Positions 52,230 through 61,417 of a stretch of 64,000 nucleotides of DNA are shown in pieces. The DNA comes from a virus. The translations under genes were made by a program, and so were the position numbers. The first letter of the stretch is position 1. Every line of letters starts with the position of its first letter. The stretch spans positions 1 to 64,000 of the IMG/VR virus record IMGVR_UViG_3300030107_000800; one strand, 5' to 3'. The notes under the pieces were generated by a model. The model saw only the letters and a program-made list of their open reading frames with translations. It had not been told where the DNA came from and made no database searches.

Positions 52230-52287
52230 ATTATAGGTGTTCTTGCAATTCAATGGGGTTGCCTTGTGACACTTCTTTTTGTGTCCA
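52230..52287 (-). promoter_or_regulatory. Early promoter, class B (-10 TATAAT, palindrome 31 nt from -10) driving the ho1-pyrE operon
   Basis: attata 52230-35, gtgacacttctttttgtgtcca 52266-87. Confidence 0.75.
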
Positions 52288-52482
52288 ACCAAATCCATTT
52301 TTCTCTTCTCTTCGTGCGTTAATAAGTTTATCCTCACAATCACGAAGTTCTTTCTTCATCTGATGGATTTCTTCCTCAGTATATAGAAATGGACTTCGTT
52401 CACTTGCTTGAAGACATTTCTTAAGTATTACTGTTTGACTCTTATATCCTACAATAGGATCATATGGTTGGTTATTCATCAT
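52231..52482 (-). CDS. Hypothetical protein (83 aa; LYTEEEI..MKKEL...KNGFG)
   Basis: ORF track. Confidence 0.72.
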   Translation of the reverse strand: MMNNQPYDPIVGYKSQTVILKKCLQASERSPFLYTEEEIHQMKKELRDCEDKLINARREEKNGFGWTQKEVSQGNPIELQEHL

Positions 52483-52654
52483 CTACCATCTCAAATTCAT
52501 CTATATTTTGTGCAGGAAGCAAATGTCCTCCTATCTCATATATATGTTCTCCATTGACACAACCTTTGTACTCAAGGCCATTAAGAGAGCCATGCTCACG
52601 CACGGCTGCTTGGATCTTATAGTGCATCAGTTGTCCTTTATCAGGTACTTTCAT
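52472..52654 (-). CDS. Hypothetical protein (60 aa)
   Basis: Downstream of a sigma70 promoter. Confidence 0.7.
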   Translation of the reverse strand: MKVPDKGQLMHYKIQAAVREHGSLNGLEYKGCVNGEHIYEIGGHLLPAQNIDEFEMVDDE

Positions 52655-52675
52655 AACAAAATGCGATTTGATATA

Positions 52676-52704
52676 ATGCTAAAGCATTATGCTAGATTTG
52701 TCAA
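52676..52704 (-). promoter_or_regulatory. Sigma70-type promoter TTGACA-N17-TAGCAT at the late/early boundary
   Basis: tgtcaa 52699-704, atgcta 52676-81. Confidence 0.65.
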
Positions 52705-53048
52705 GTAGGTTTGTTTTCCCATACAATATCACCCCATGTATCAACCACGAATGCTTTCATATAGTGGTCAGCATCAGGACAGTCTGCTAACTTAGGGAAC
52801 CATGATGCTCCCATTAATGTGGCCTGATCCTCATCTTGATACTCAACAGTATTAAAGATACCTTGCTTCATTATATCAACAATATATTCATCTACGAAAC
52901 CTTCGTAATATGCTGTAACAGTTGCTTTCTTATCTGCAGCCAGATTATTATAGGTACTCAGGTCAAAATATAATACTGACACTTGATGTCTCTGAGCCCA
53001 ATAAGCAATGAGATCAAAGTGTGATAGTTCTTTTCCATTGATAATCAT
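52701..53048 (-). CDS. Hypothetical protein (115 aa), tail module
   Basis: AGGAGG SD, follows the chaperone gene. Confidence 0.75.
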   Translation of the reverse strand: MIINGKELSHFDLIAYWAQRHQVSVLYFDLSTYNNLAADKKATVTAYYEGFVDEYIVDIMKQGIFNTVEYQDEDQATLMGASWFPKLADCPDADHYMKAFVVDTWGDIVWENKPT

Positions 53049-53049
53049 C

Positions 53050-53961
53050 TTAAGAACCTCCTAGTGCATCTAGCTCCGCTTGTGCTTCGATAATTATTTT
53101 ATCTAACCAATCTTTCTTCGCTGAATTTTCAGAGTTTGCAAACTCATATGCAGTAGGAGTTTCATCAGCAGCAAGTTGAGCAGCTCTTACATTCTCATAC
53201 TCTAGTAATAATTGTGGGAAGTATGCTGTTTCAGTCAATGATTTCTGTAGTAGATAATATGAGATCTTCTCTCTAAATGCCTTAAGATAATGCTTACCTA
53301 ATGGTAAGAACTGTTCAGGTGTAGTTAAGTAATCAATATCAGGGAAATCCTTAGACCATACTTCTGTATAGAAATCAGGTGAGATTGGAAACTTAGTATT
53401 CTCTACTTCAGTAGCAAATTCTGCTGTTCCTGTTAATTCTCTTAGTTTCTGTCTGTATAATGTATATTTTGCTTTAGTGTCTGCATCTAATGGTGAGTCT
53501 GTGACCATGACCCAATCAGTCTCACTTAACAAGAAATTTCTAGCAAGTCTTACGGAAAATGGAGTAACTATCCTTTGTTTAGCATATAATCTACCTAGTT
53601 CTTTCTGGTAGTCTTCATTCTCAAGAGAGTCTATTAAATAAAATGCTTCAATCAGTTTATCTTTTAGTTGAGTGGCTTCAGGTATGTCAGCCTGCTCCAT
53701 CTCATAGTCTTTCCATTCAAAGGCATCAGTCTTAAAATTCTTTAAGAACTTCCTACGCTTCGCATGATATGTTCCATTAGTATACCAATGAAATGATATG
53801 AGTTTATCTTTATCACTATCCCATAGAGGATATAAAAATGTAGACAAAGTATCCTTCCAGTAACTCTCTGGAATTACTTTGGGTGTTCCATTGTATGATA
53901 TCTCCTGTGCTATTGTATCTAATTCAATTTGTAGTACAGGTGGATCAGCATTGATAGCCAT
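53050..53961 (-). CDS. Tail fibre assembly chaperone-like protein (303 aa)
   Basis: RLARNFLLSETDWV...D.PL....K..Y..YRQKLREL motif. Confidence 0.78.
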   Translation of the reverse strand: MAINADPPVLQIELDTIAQEISYNGTPKVIPESYWKDTLSTFLYPLWDSDKDKLISFHWYTNGTYHAKRRKFLKNFKTDAFEWKDYEMEQADIPEATQLKDKLIEAFYLIDSLENEDYQKELGRLYAKQRIVTPFSVRLARNFLLSETDWVMVTDSPLDADTKAKYTLYRQKLRELTGTAEFATEVENTKFPISPDFYTEVWSKDFPDIDYLTTPEQFLPLGKHYLKAFREKISYYLLQKSLTETAYFPQLLLEYENVRAAQLAADETPTAYEFANSENSAKKDWLDKIIIEAQAELDALGGS

Positions 53962-53985
53962 CTTGTTAACTATAGTCTCCGTATG

Positions 53986-53992
53986 TATTTAG
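53986..53992 (-). promoter_or_regulatory. T4-type late promoter core (CTAAATA)
   Basis: Overlaps the fibre stop codon, upstream of the chaperone. Confidence 0.65.
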
Positions 53993-56900
53993 TATGCCTT
54001 GATCAAGTATTTGCATGTTCTATAAGGATGTAGTAATGGTACATGAATATCAGGATCAATGGTTGCCTGTGGTTCTATCTTAGTTGTTGACTTTAAAGTC
54101 AACTTTGCATCAGATGCACCAAGACCAGAACTGTATGTTATACCTGGCCCAGTTTCACCTTCAACAGTATAAGTTAGACTATCAACCAATGGTTTTGATA
54201 TAGCACCAGGACTCTGTTGGAATACAAGACCAGATACCTGAGAGTACCACCAAATAAATTCAATAATACCATAATGATCACTATCATCAGCATTATCATT
54301 AGCACCAGATGGTGTTGCTCTTGGTTGCTCAAGTCTGAATCTAGTATCAGTTGCTCTTGCTGCTTCAGGTACTGCCACTGAATATGTATACCAATTAGTT
54401 GTACCATTACCATCCCAAGTATTCTCAATAAGAGGAACATTACCAATGATAGGATCATTCCTTACTGATATTGGTGAGATAATAGTATCAATTAAATTCC
54501 AGTTGGTTGATCCTGAAAGTTGATAGTACACACGTAGTGATTCTTCAGGTGTGTTTCCACCATTAACTCCATTACCTCTACAAGCCTTAATTGAGAAGTA
54601 ATTGCAATTAGTGGTATCAACTGGCCTTAAATTAATCCAACGTGTTCCTCCATTACCACTCAGTCCACCAAATTTAACATACTGTGTGTATGACTGTGAT
54701 GATGCAGGTGTTAATGTTAAACCACTTACTTGTCCAGCAGCCTCATCAACAGTAGCTGTTGCTGTAGTACCACCAGATACTCCATTCATTATATAAACGT
54801 ATGGTTGAGATTGATAACCAGCACCATTACTATCAAGAGAAATAGCATTGACTGTTCCTGCACCAGATAATGTTACTGATCCTGCTGCATTAGTAGTTGC
54901 TCCACCTCCTGCAAATATAACGTCAGGTACTTGAGAAGCTGTTGGTAAAGCAAATGATCCTGCACTTCCAGTACCAGTACCATTACCAAAGATGTCAACA
55001 TCCCACACATTTGCATCTTGTGATGCAGATTCAATTATATCACCAGTAGTAGTTCCAGTTTGACCACCTTCATATCCAGTGATAGTTCCTAATCCTATCT
55101 TAGCATATCCATTACCAGCACTAGCACTAGATCCTGTGGTTTGTCCACCCATTGATACACCAGCACCACCAGTTCCAACTTCTACAGTAATATCAGCAGG
55201 ATCATTTAAGAAAGAAAAATCAATATTACCAACGAATGAACCTCCAGCAGCACCACCACCGCCACCAGCAGTCCAATAATCATTATTATATTCTACTTGT
55301 AATCTTACAGCTGCTTCTCCTCTTTGAATGAGGTCAGTAGATGCACGAGAATGAGTTTCAGCAAAACTAGCATTTTCCAAATAATCTGAACGATATGATG
55401 AAATACCTTGTCTACCACCAGCACCACCTTGGTGCTGACCATCACCACCAGGTCCACCACCGTCTCCAGCAGAACCACCACCATTTCCTGAACCACCAAA
55501 TGTGAGACCGTTGCGAGCGACACCGCCACCGCCTCCTCCACCGCCACCACCGACGCAGGTATAGTTACCACCAACACCACCTTGTCCAGCACCGAGAGCT
55601 TGAGTTGTTGCATCAACTCCTTGAGGTGGTCCAATACCAACAGTACCAGTACCTCCATCATCACCATCTGAACCAGCACCACCTCCACCACCAACACCAG
55701 CGATGATAAGTGATCCACGTTTTATCAATGTAGATGCTCCTCCACCTCCACCAGCATTGACTCCATGACCATTACCACCTTGTCCACCATTACCAGAGTT
55801 ATAATCATTACTTGCACCAGCAACGTTATTCTGAGCAACTTGCCAAGGACTTACACCAATTGCTTGTCCTGCTCTTCTTCCTATCTCTACACTCCATACC
55901 TGTGATTGAAATGTAGTTAATTCTCCACTAACTAAATCAACCTGTAAATATCCACCAGAAGATCCTTGATAGTTACCTCTATGTGATCTTCCTCCCTTAG
56001 CACCCCACATTGTAAATGTTGCACTAGTAGGATTAGCAATCAAATTAGTATCAGGGAATATTGTTGTTGGAGAAGTATTACTACCACCAGTACAATTTGC
56101 TCTTGATTCTGCTACTACATTATTAGTTCCTGCATCCTTAATTTCAAATGCAAGTCCACCAGGATTATCAGACCATGTATTTTGATTAATACTACCAGTA
56201 TTTCTGACTCTAAATGTTACTCTATTCAATCCTGCATCAACTGGTCCAATTGTAACATTTGTAGATGTAGTAGTACCTGCTGCTGGGCTGTTATTAGTCG
56301 TACCCAAGTCATTAATTGCACCTGTCCAATGCATAGTGGCTTCATTATCAGAAGCAAACTCTACATCATATGAGTTACCACCAGTAGCAGTTATTTCTAT
56401 TACACATTCTAGCCAATCACCATAATAAGGATCTGGATTACTTAATCCTGGAAATGTTTTATATATTGCATGATCCTTCATGAACTGAGACCATACACCT
56501 GCTGTTCCTGTTGATAACTGTGCTGTTCCTATTGCTACCCAATTTCTAGTATATAATCCAATAGTAAGATCTAATGTTTGATCATATGTACCAGTCTGTC
56601 CACCTACCAATACGTTAACACCATTAGATCCAGATGAATAAGGATCAACAGTAGCTAATGCTCCGTTACCTCCACCTTGAGGATCATTTGGATACTGTGA
56701 ATATAACCAACCTGGAGAAGTTGGAGCATTTGCTCCCGTTTGACCAGCAGCACCCGTAGCTCCACCAATAACATTAACTGATCCATTATTAACAGCTGAA
56801 CCACCTATTCCACCAGTTCCACCACCCATTCCAACATTTCCTTGGCCACCACCGCCACCACCTACTACTAAATCAACCTCTGCTCCATCACCAACCTTTA

Positions 56901-58356
56901 TCCTACTTCCAGTACCCTGATTACCTGCTGTTGTACCAGCAGCACCTGATCCACCACCAGCAAATACTTCATATATTAATTTGTCTGGAGCACCAGTTAT
57001 ATTTCCTAAATTTATACTATAATTTCCTGGTGTAGTATATGTCCATTCATTAGAATAATCATATATTGGAGTACCACCTGTATTAACAGTTCTTCCACCA
57101 ATAACAGATGATCCACTGAATTTTCTAAAGACTGGACTAGGTATAAAAGTTTGGAATACATATGTTCCTACACCACTAGTACCTGAAGCAAGATACTTTT
57201 GTTCTGATGCTGTTACAGTTGGGTCTTGAATTGTTCCAGGACCACCAGCACCACCAGCATAATCAAGTACATCATATGTACCAACAGTATTATCTGTATT
57301 TGGTTGTCTTAATAATCCATGACTATGTGTAAAGACCTGTCCAGTTGTAGGATACCATCTTGTTATTCTTCCTGTTCCTTCACGATAATCTTGTTGGTAT
57401 CTATCACCACTAGCCTCTTGAATCCATGAGTTAGTACCTGCTTGTGCATGATAAACTGTATGACTGTGTTGTTGAGCACCAGAGAGTTTAGTCTCTCTCA
57501 TACTTATCTCAACTGTCTGCTGTCCTATTATAGTACACTCTGTAGTTTCAACTACATTCTCATATCCAGAAGTAACTATCCTACCTAATGAAAAATAATT
57601 ATCTTGTAATGTCTTATCTAAGTACCATCCACCACCTGTAGTACCCACACCCATTGAAGAGTTTGCTATAGTTGGTGAGTTCTGACCCCATACAGGGCCA
57701 TTACCAACTACTTTCTTGGCAACCATATTAGGAACTTTAAATGTTCCCATTAATGTATCACCTAAAAAATCTAATACATTATTCTGAGTTATACCTTCTA
57801 ATGATCCATCATTAGGATTAATTCTTGCTTGAACTGTAGCTTGCGTTGATGCACCACCACCAGTAAGAACTACATTAGGTGCAGTAGTATATCCAGATCC
57901 TTGTTCAAATACTGTAAGAGATATTACTACACCATTTACAGCAGTTGCAGTAGCAGTAGCAGTAGTTCCTCCTGGAGTTGATGGAGCATCAATAGTTACA
58001 GTTGGATTACTTGTATATCCTACACCTCCTGTTAATATATCTAATCCATTACTAGCAGTTCCACCATAATCATTACCAATTATTTCAAATAATCCTGGAT
58101 AATCATTTATATTATATTCTGTGCCATCACAATATAAGTATCCCTCATGTGTATAAGCTGGATCATCACCAGCTTGATATGCATTACCAGTATTTTCACT
58201 TAATGCTGGAAATGCAGCTGCACCTGCTTTAATAAAACTATGATCATAAGAATTTGCACCAGCCTTAAGGTTAGGCACAATAGCACCTATAGGTGTTGTG
58301 TCTGTTAAGATATCTGTTAGATATCCTGTCCTTGCATTTCTATAAGTCTGGGTCAT
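53989..58356 (-). CDS. Tail-collar-domain tail fibre (1455 aa) with Gly-rich, PA14-like and reelin-like modules
   Basis: PIGAI...GYLYCDG.EY.I.DYP.LF.IIG..YGG collar motif, HSH motifs, C-terminal P....KYLIKAY. Confidence 0.85.
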   Translation of the reverse strand: MTQTYRNARTGYLTDILTDTTPIGAIVPNLKAGANSYDHSFIKAGAAAFPALSENTGNAYQAGDDPAYTHEGYLYCDGTEYNINDYPGLFEIIGNDYGGTASNGLDILTGGVGYTSNPTVTIDAPSTPGGTTATATATAVNGVVISLTVFEQGSGYTTAPNVVLTGGGASTQATVQARINPNDGSLEGITQNNVLDFLGDTLMGTFKVPNMVAKKVVGNGPVWGQNSPTIANSSMGVGTTGGGWYLDKTLQDNYFSLGRIVTSGYENVVETTECTIIGQQTVEISMRETKLSGAQQHSHTVYHAQAGTNSWIQEASGDRYQQDYREGTGRITRWYPTTGQVFTHSHGLLRQPNTDNTVGTYDVLDYAGGAGGPGTIQDPTVTASEQKYLASGTSGVGTYVFQTFIPSPVFRKFSGSSVIGGRTVNTGGTPIYDYSNEWTYTTPGNYSINLGNITGAPDKLIYEVFAGGGSGAAGTTAGNQGTGSRIKVGDGAEVDLVVGGGGGGQGNVGMGGGTGGIGGSAVNNGSVNVIGGATGAAGQTGANAPTSPGWLYSQYPNDPQGGGNGALATVDPYSSGSNGVNVLVGGQTGTYDQTLDLTIGLYTRNWVAIGTAQLSTGTAGVWSQFMKDHAIYKTFPGLSNPDPYYGDWLECVIEITATGGNSYDVEFASDNEATMHWTGAINDLGTTNNSPAAGTTTSTNVTIGPVDAGLNRVTFRVRNTGSINQNTWSDNPGGLAFEIKDAGTNNVVAESRANCTGGSNTSPTTIFPDTNLIANPTSATFTMWGAKGGRSHRGNYQGSSGGYLQVDLVSGELTTFQSQVWSVEIGRRAGQAIGVSPWQVAQNNVAGASNDYNSGNGGQGGNGHGVNAGGGGGASTLIKRGSLIIAGVGGGGGAGSDGDDGGTGTVGIGPPQGVDATTQALGAGQGGVGGNYTCVGGGGGGGGGGVARNGLTFGGSGNGGGSAGDGGGPGGDGQHQGGAGGRQGISSYRSDYLENASFAETHSRASTDLIQRGEAAVRLQVEYNNDYWTAGGGGGAAGGSFVGNIDFSFLNDPADITVEVGTGGAGVSMGGQTTGSSASAGNGYAKIGLGTITGYEGGQTGTTTGDIIESASQDANVWDVDIFGNGTGTGSAGSFALPTASQVPDVIFAGGGATTNAAGSVTLSGAGTVNAISLDSNGAGYQSQPYVYIMNGVSGGTTATATVDEAAGQVSGLTLTPASSQSYTQYVKFGGLSGNGGTRWINLRPVDTTNCNYFSIKACRGNGVNGGNTPEESLRVYYQLSGSTNWNLIDTIISPISVRNDPIIGNVPLIENTWDGNGTTNWYTYSVAVPEAARATDTRFRLEQPRATPSGANDNADDSDHYGIIEFIWWYSQVSGLVFQQSPGAISKPLVDSLTYTVEGETGPGITYSSGLGASDAKLTLKSTTKIEPQATIDPDIHVPLLHPYRTCKYLIKAY

Positions 58357-58358
58357 CT

Positions 58359-59759
58359 TTATATCTTAATTAAGTATTCCATTACAATAAAAGGAGCAGC
58401 AGCAGAATCAATTGATACTGAAGAATCAACTCCTATAGACATAGTTGTAGATAAATTCTCTGGTGGAATTGATATAGCAGCAGTCTTTACTTTATATGTA
58501 TGATCTCCTTTAACAATATCAACACGATGGTTATGTGATGTAGGATCAATTCCACCTTCTCTAGGTAAATCAAGAGTATCCGTCATCTCATTATCACAAT
58601 CTGGAGTACATTGATTACTATTAACATCTAAGTTAGATTGTAATGGTAATACATCATACAAACTATTTCCTGCCCAATCATCAGGAACTCCTTGAGCACC
58701 CTGAACATATGTTACTGGAACAGTCAATGATGAAGTTGCTAAGTTACCACAACCACCAGGCGTTCCAACAAGACAAACATATGTTAAAATTAACCAAATT
58801 CTACTAGCATTACAATATCTTGCTAGATTCTGTCCATCAGCAGAACCAGCGAGATCAAATCTATTCATACTATAACTGGAGTTACTAAGACAGTTATATG
58901 TGTATTGAGATCCAGCACCAAATATACAATGTCCGTAATAAACAGTCTGTTGTAATCCTAATGCTTGAATAGATGTAGGTCCACCATTATCACCTGGACT
59001 CCATTTATCTATTGCTTTACATGGTTCTTGAGCACTACCTGGTGGTTGTGCAGGATCATTATTATATCTTGTTGCATCCAACCAATCTTGAATAGGAACA
59101 GTAGATGCATTTCTTCTACCAGTTCTACCAGCACCTATAGGATTTTGTGAATTTGTTTCGTTGGTCTGTAAGTTTCTTGATCTATTCCATGTACCAAAGT
59201 GAGCATGAGGATGTACAGCATTTTCTTCTACACCTTCACTATCAGTTCTATGTGTTTCACCAGCATAATTCCATGATGGCTTACCACGAACTTCTATCTC
59301 TTGGCTGGGAACACTAATTGAACCAGAATATTGTATGGTAACATTTTCACCAATAGCAGATGCAATTTCTACACCAATACCACCTCTACTTATCTCAGTA
59401 CCTAGAGCATTGGTAGTTCTTATATTATCATATACACCAGCATTAGCACCAGAAGTAGGCTCTGGATACTTAGATCCAAAGTCAGGAACCATGAACTGAT
59501 CATCTGTTATAAAATCAAATGCAGTATTATCAAGATTTCTTCTAAGAAACTTAGTCTGTTCACCTGTTCCTAATATAGCAGCAAGTTGTGGATAATCCTC
59601 TGCATAATATATTGTACCATCACACCTTAAATATCCAGCTGGTAAATTTCTAACGTTGTTAGTCTCTTCAGGTGGTCCCTCATACTCAACTGGCCAAATA
59701 ATTATTTGACCTGTAAGATTACCATACTTTGATTTTTCTTTTCCGTATAGTACTGTCAT
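58359..59759 (-). CDS. Tail-collar-domain short fibre (466 aa)
   Basis: PAGYLRCDG......YPQLAAILG...F.VPD, HxH motifs, PFIVMEYLIKI. Confidence 0.85.
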   Translation of the reverse strand: MTVLYGKEKSKYGNLTGQIIIWPVEYEGPPEETNNVRNLPAGYLRCDGTIYYAEDYPQLAAILGTGEQTKFLRRNLDNTAFDFITDDQFMVPDFGSKYPEPTSGANAGVYDNIRTTNALGTEISRGGIGVEIASAIGENVTIQYSGSISVPSQEIEVRGKPSWNYAGETHRTDSEGVEENAVHPHAHFGTWNRSRNLQTNETNSQNPIGAGRTGRRNASTVPIQDWLDATRYNNDPAQPPGSAQEPCKAIDKWSPGDNGGPTSIQALGLQQTVYYGHCIFGAGSQYTYNCLSNSSYSMNRFDLAGSADGQNLARYCNASRIWLILTYVCLVGTPGGCGNLATSSLTVPVTYVQGAQGVPDDWAGNSLYDVLPLQSNLDVNSNQCTPDCDNEMTDTLDLPREGGIDPTSHNHRVDIVKGDHTYKVKTAAISIPPENLSTTMSIGVDSSVSIDSAAAPFIVMEYLIKI

Positions 59760-61414
59760 TAGTATGCCTTAATGAGAAATGTACAAGTTGCTGATGGTTG
59801 AGTTACGTCCGCAGAAATATTTAGAGCATTTTCAAGACTATCTGCCTGTAATGCTGATCCATCAGCATCACTAGCAGTGTGTGATGGTGGCCCTGACATA
59901 GATCCCATTCCTTGAGAAATTTCAAAACTACCATGATTATGCGATTTAAAGGCTTGGTTTAATGGATCTTTGTTAGTAGCACTTAAGTTCATACTTGTTG
60001 GCCAAGTACCATTCTTGAATACTAAATTTCTTGTTCCACTAGCAAGAGTCTGTTGATTTAATGTAATTTCATAGACACCACCACCAATATCTTCAATGGT
60101 TTGTACCCATGTTCCTTCCCTTAAGTATGTATATTTCTGATCATTATCAGCATCAACAATATACATTAACGGAGTAATCATATCATATTGATACCACCAA
60201 TCTACATTTTGTGTCCCAGTAGGATCACCATATACTCTTCTTATATCTGTACCTGCTGGTAACTGGAATTTGTTAGTACTAGCAGTAATAGTAACACTAT
60301 TAACTGTGAATACTGGTGAGGTTTCTGGATCGTCCACCAATCCATCAGCTCTTACAGGTGCTCCTGTATCATATCCAAAGAAGTTAGGTCTATTCCTAGT
60401 CTCCATTGGTCTTGGGAACATACCTGTATGACATGGTGTTGCATGTGAATCTTCTGGAGTTATATCAACCATATCAGCAGTATCATACCTACCAAATACA
60501 GTCTGTGTATAAGTCTCTGTTGCTTGACCTGATCCTCTATTTGTTCCTCTCCAGTTGGATGCACCAGCTGGGACATTATTCCAATAGTTCTTTCCTGTGC
60601 TATCCTGAACATATTCCCTAAATGAATCCATCATAGGTAATGTATGTTCTTTGTTAGCATCACCATAAAATGTTAAATTTGTAGCACCATTGCTCCATGT
60701 TGTAGGTTGTGCTTCTTCAAGAGCACAAGTATTTGGACCTCTACTTACGTTACAATGAATAGTAGCACTACCAGTCATGGTAATACCTAAGTCAGTTCTA
60801 AAATTCATAACACCAACATCAGTTGGGTTTACAGATGGAATAGTATCAGAGTGACCGTGTGCTGGTGTATGGTTAATACCCAACTTACGATTCAATGTAT
60901 GAACAGTTTCTAAGAAATCTGGTGCTTGTAGAGTAATATCACTAAATTTAAAATATAAATTACCTGCTATGTTAAGACTAAAATCTATATCAGATGTGGC
61001 CTCATATGTGGTAGAGATAATAGTAGTCTCACCATAATCACTAACTAAACTACCAACAACAGTTGCAGCATCATCCTGACCCATTTGATATGCTGGTTGA
61101 TCAAGATGAAATCTCTCTAAGTCCATCAATACACTTGCTGATAACTGAGGTAATCTAAATGTTGCTGCTGTAGCAATATAAGGGAACTGATAATGATTAC
61201 CACCACCATCAGTCATGTCACCTCCATAAGTATCACCAATAACAGATGCTAATAATGGATAATCAGATGCAGGTAGTGTAGATCCATCACAAACAATCCA
61301 ACCTTTAGGTATATTGGATGCGAGGAAACCAGTTCCTCCATCACCACCCCAAGGTAGGATAGTTCCTATCTTGGCGGTTCTCATACTTTTTAGTGAATCG
61401 TAATGTACTGTCAT
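59759..61414 (-). CDS. Tail-collar-domain short fibre (551 aa)
   Basis: IGTILPWGG...IPKGWIVCDG..L...DYPLLASVIGDTYGG, PAHGH, QPS..CTFLIKAY. Confidence 0.85.
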   Translation of the reverse strand: MTVHYDSLKSMRTAKIGTILPWGGDGGTGFLASNIPKGWIVCDGSTLPASDYPLLASVIGDTYGGDMTDGGGNHYQFPYIATAATFRLPQLSASVLMDLERFHLDQPAYQMGQDDAATVVGSLVSDYGETTIISTTYEATSDIDFSLNIAGNLYFKFSDITLQAPDFLETVHTLNRKLGINHTPAHGHSDTIPSVNPTDVGVMNFRTDLGITMTGSATIHCNVSRGPNTCALEEAQPTTWSNGATNLTFYGDANKEHTLPMMDSFREYVQDSTGKNYWNNVPAGASNWRGTNRGSGQATETYTQTVFGRYDTADMVDITPEDSHATPCHTGMFPRPMETRNRPNFFGYDTGAPVRADGLVDDPETSPVFTVNSVTITASTNKFQLPAGTDIRRVYGDPTGTQNVDWWYQYDMITPLMYIVDADNDQKYTYLREGTWVQTIEDIGGGVYEITLNQQTLASGTRNLVFKNGTWPTSMNLSATNKDPLNQAFKSHNHGSFEISQGMGSMSGPPSHTASDADGSALQADSLENALNISADVTQPSATCTFLIKAY

Positions 61415-61417
61415 TGA

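Noticed and set aside
38586-52287. Recurrent 22-65 bp repeats as a CRISPR or mini-array
   Set aside because: The repeats are degenerate, hundreds to thousands of bp apart, separated by genes and tied to -10 boxes, so they are promoters.
55240-55800. GC-rich CCA/CCG runs as a collagen-like or foreign insert
   Set aside because: They encode the poly-Gly loops of a glycine-rich fibre domain in frame, with no Gly-X-Y periodicity or insertion boundaries.
53989-61414. Diversity-generating retroelement or invertible tail-fibre system, suggested by three fibres with similar ends
   Set aside because: Similarity is limited to short protein-level collar and terminal motifs. I saw no adenine-specific TR/VR pair, reverse transcriptase, invertase or inverted crossover sites.
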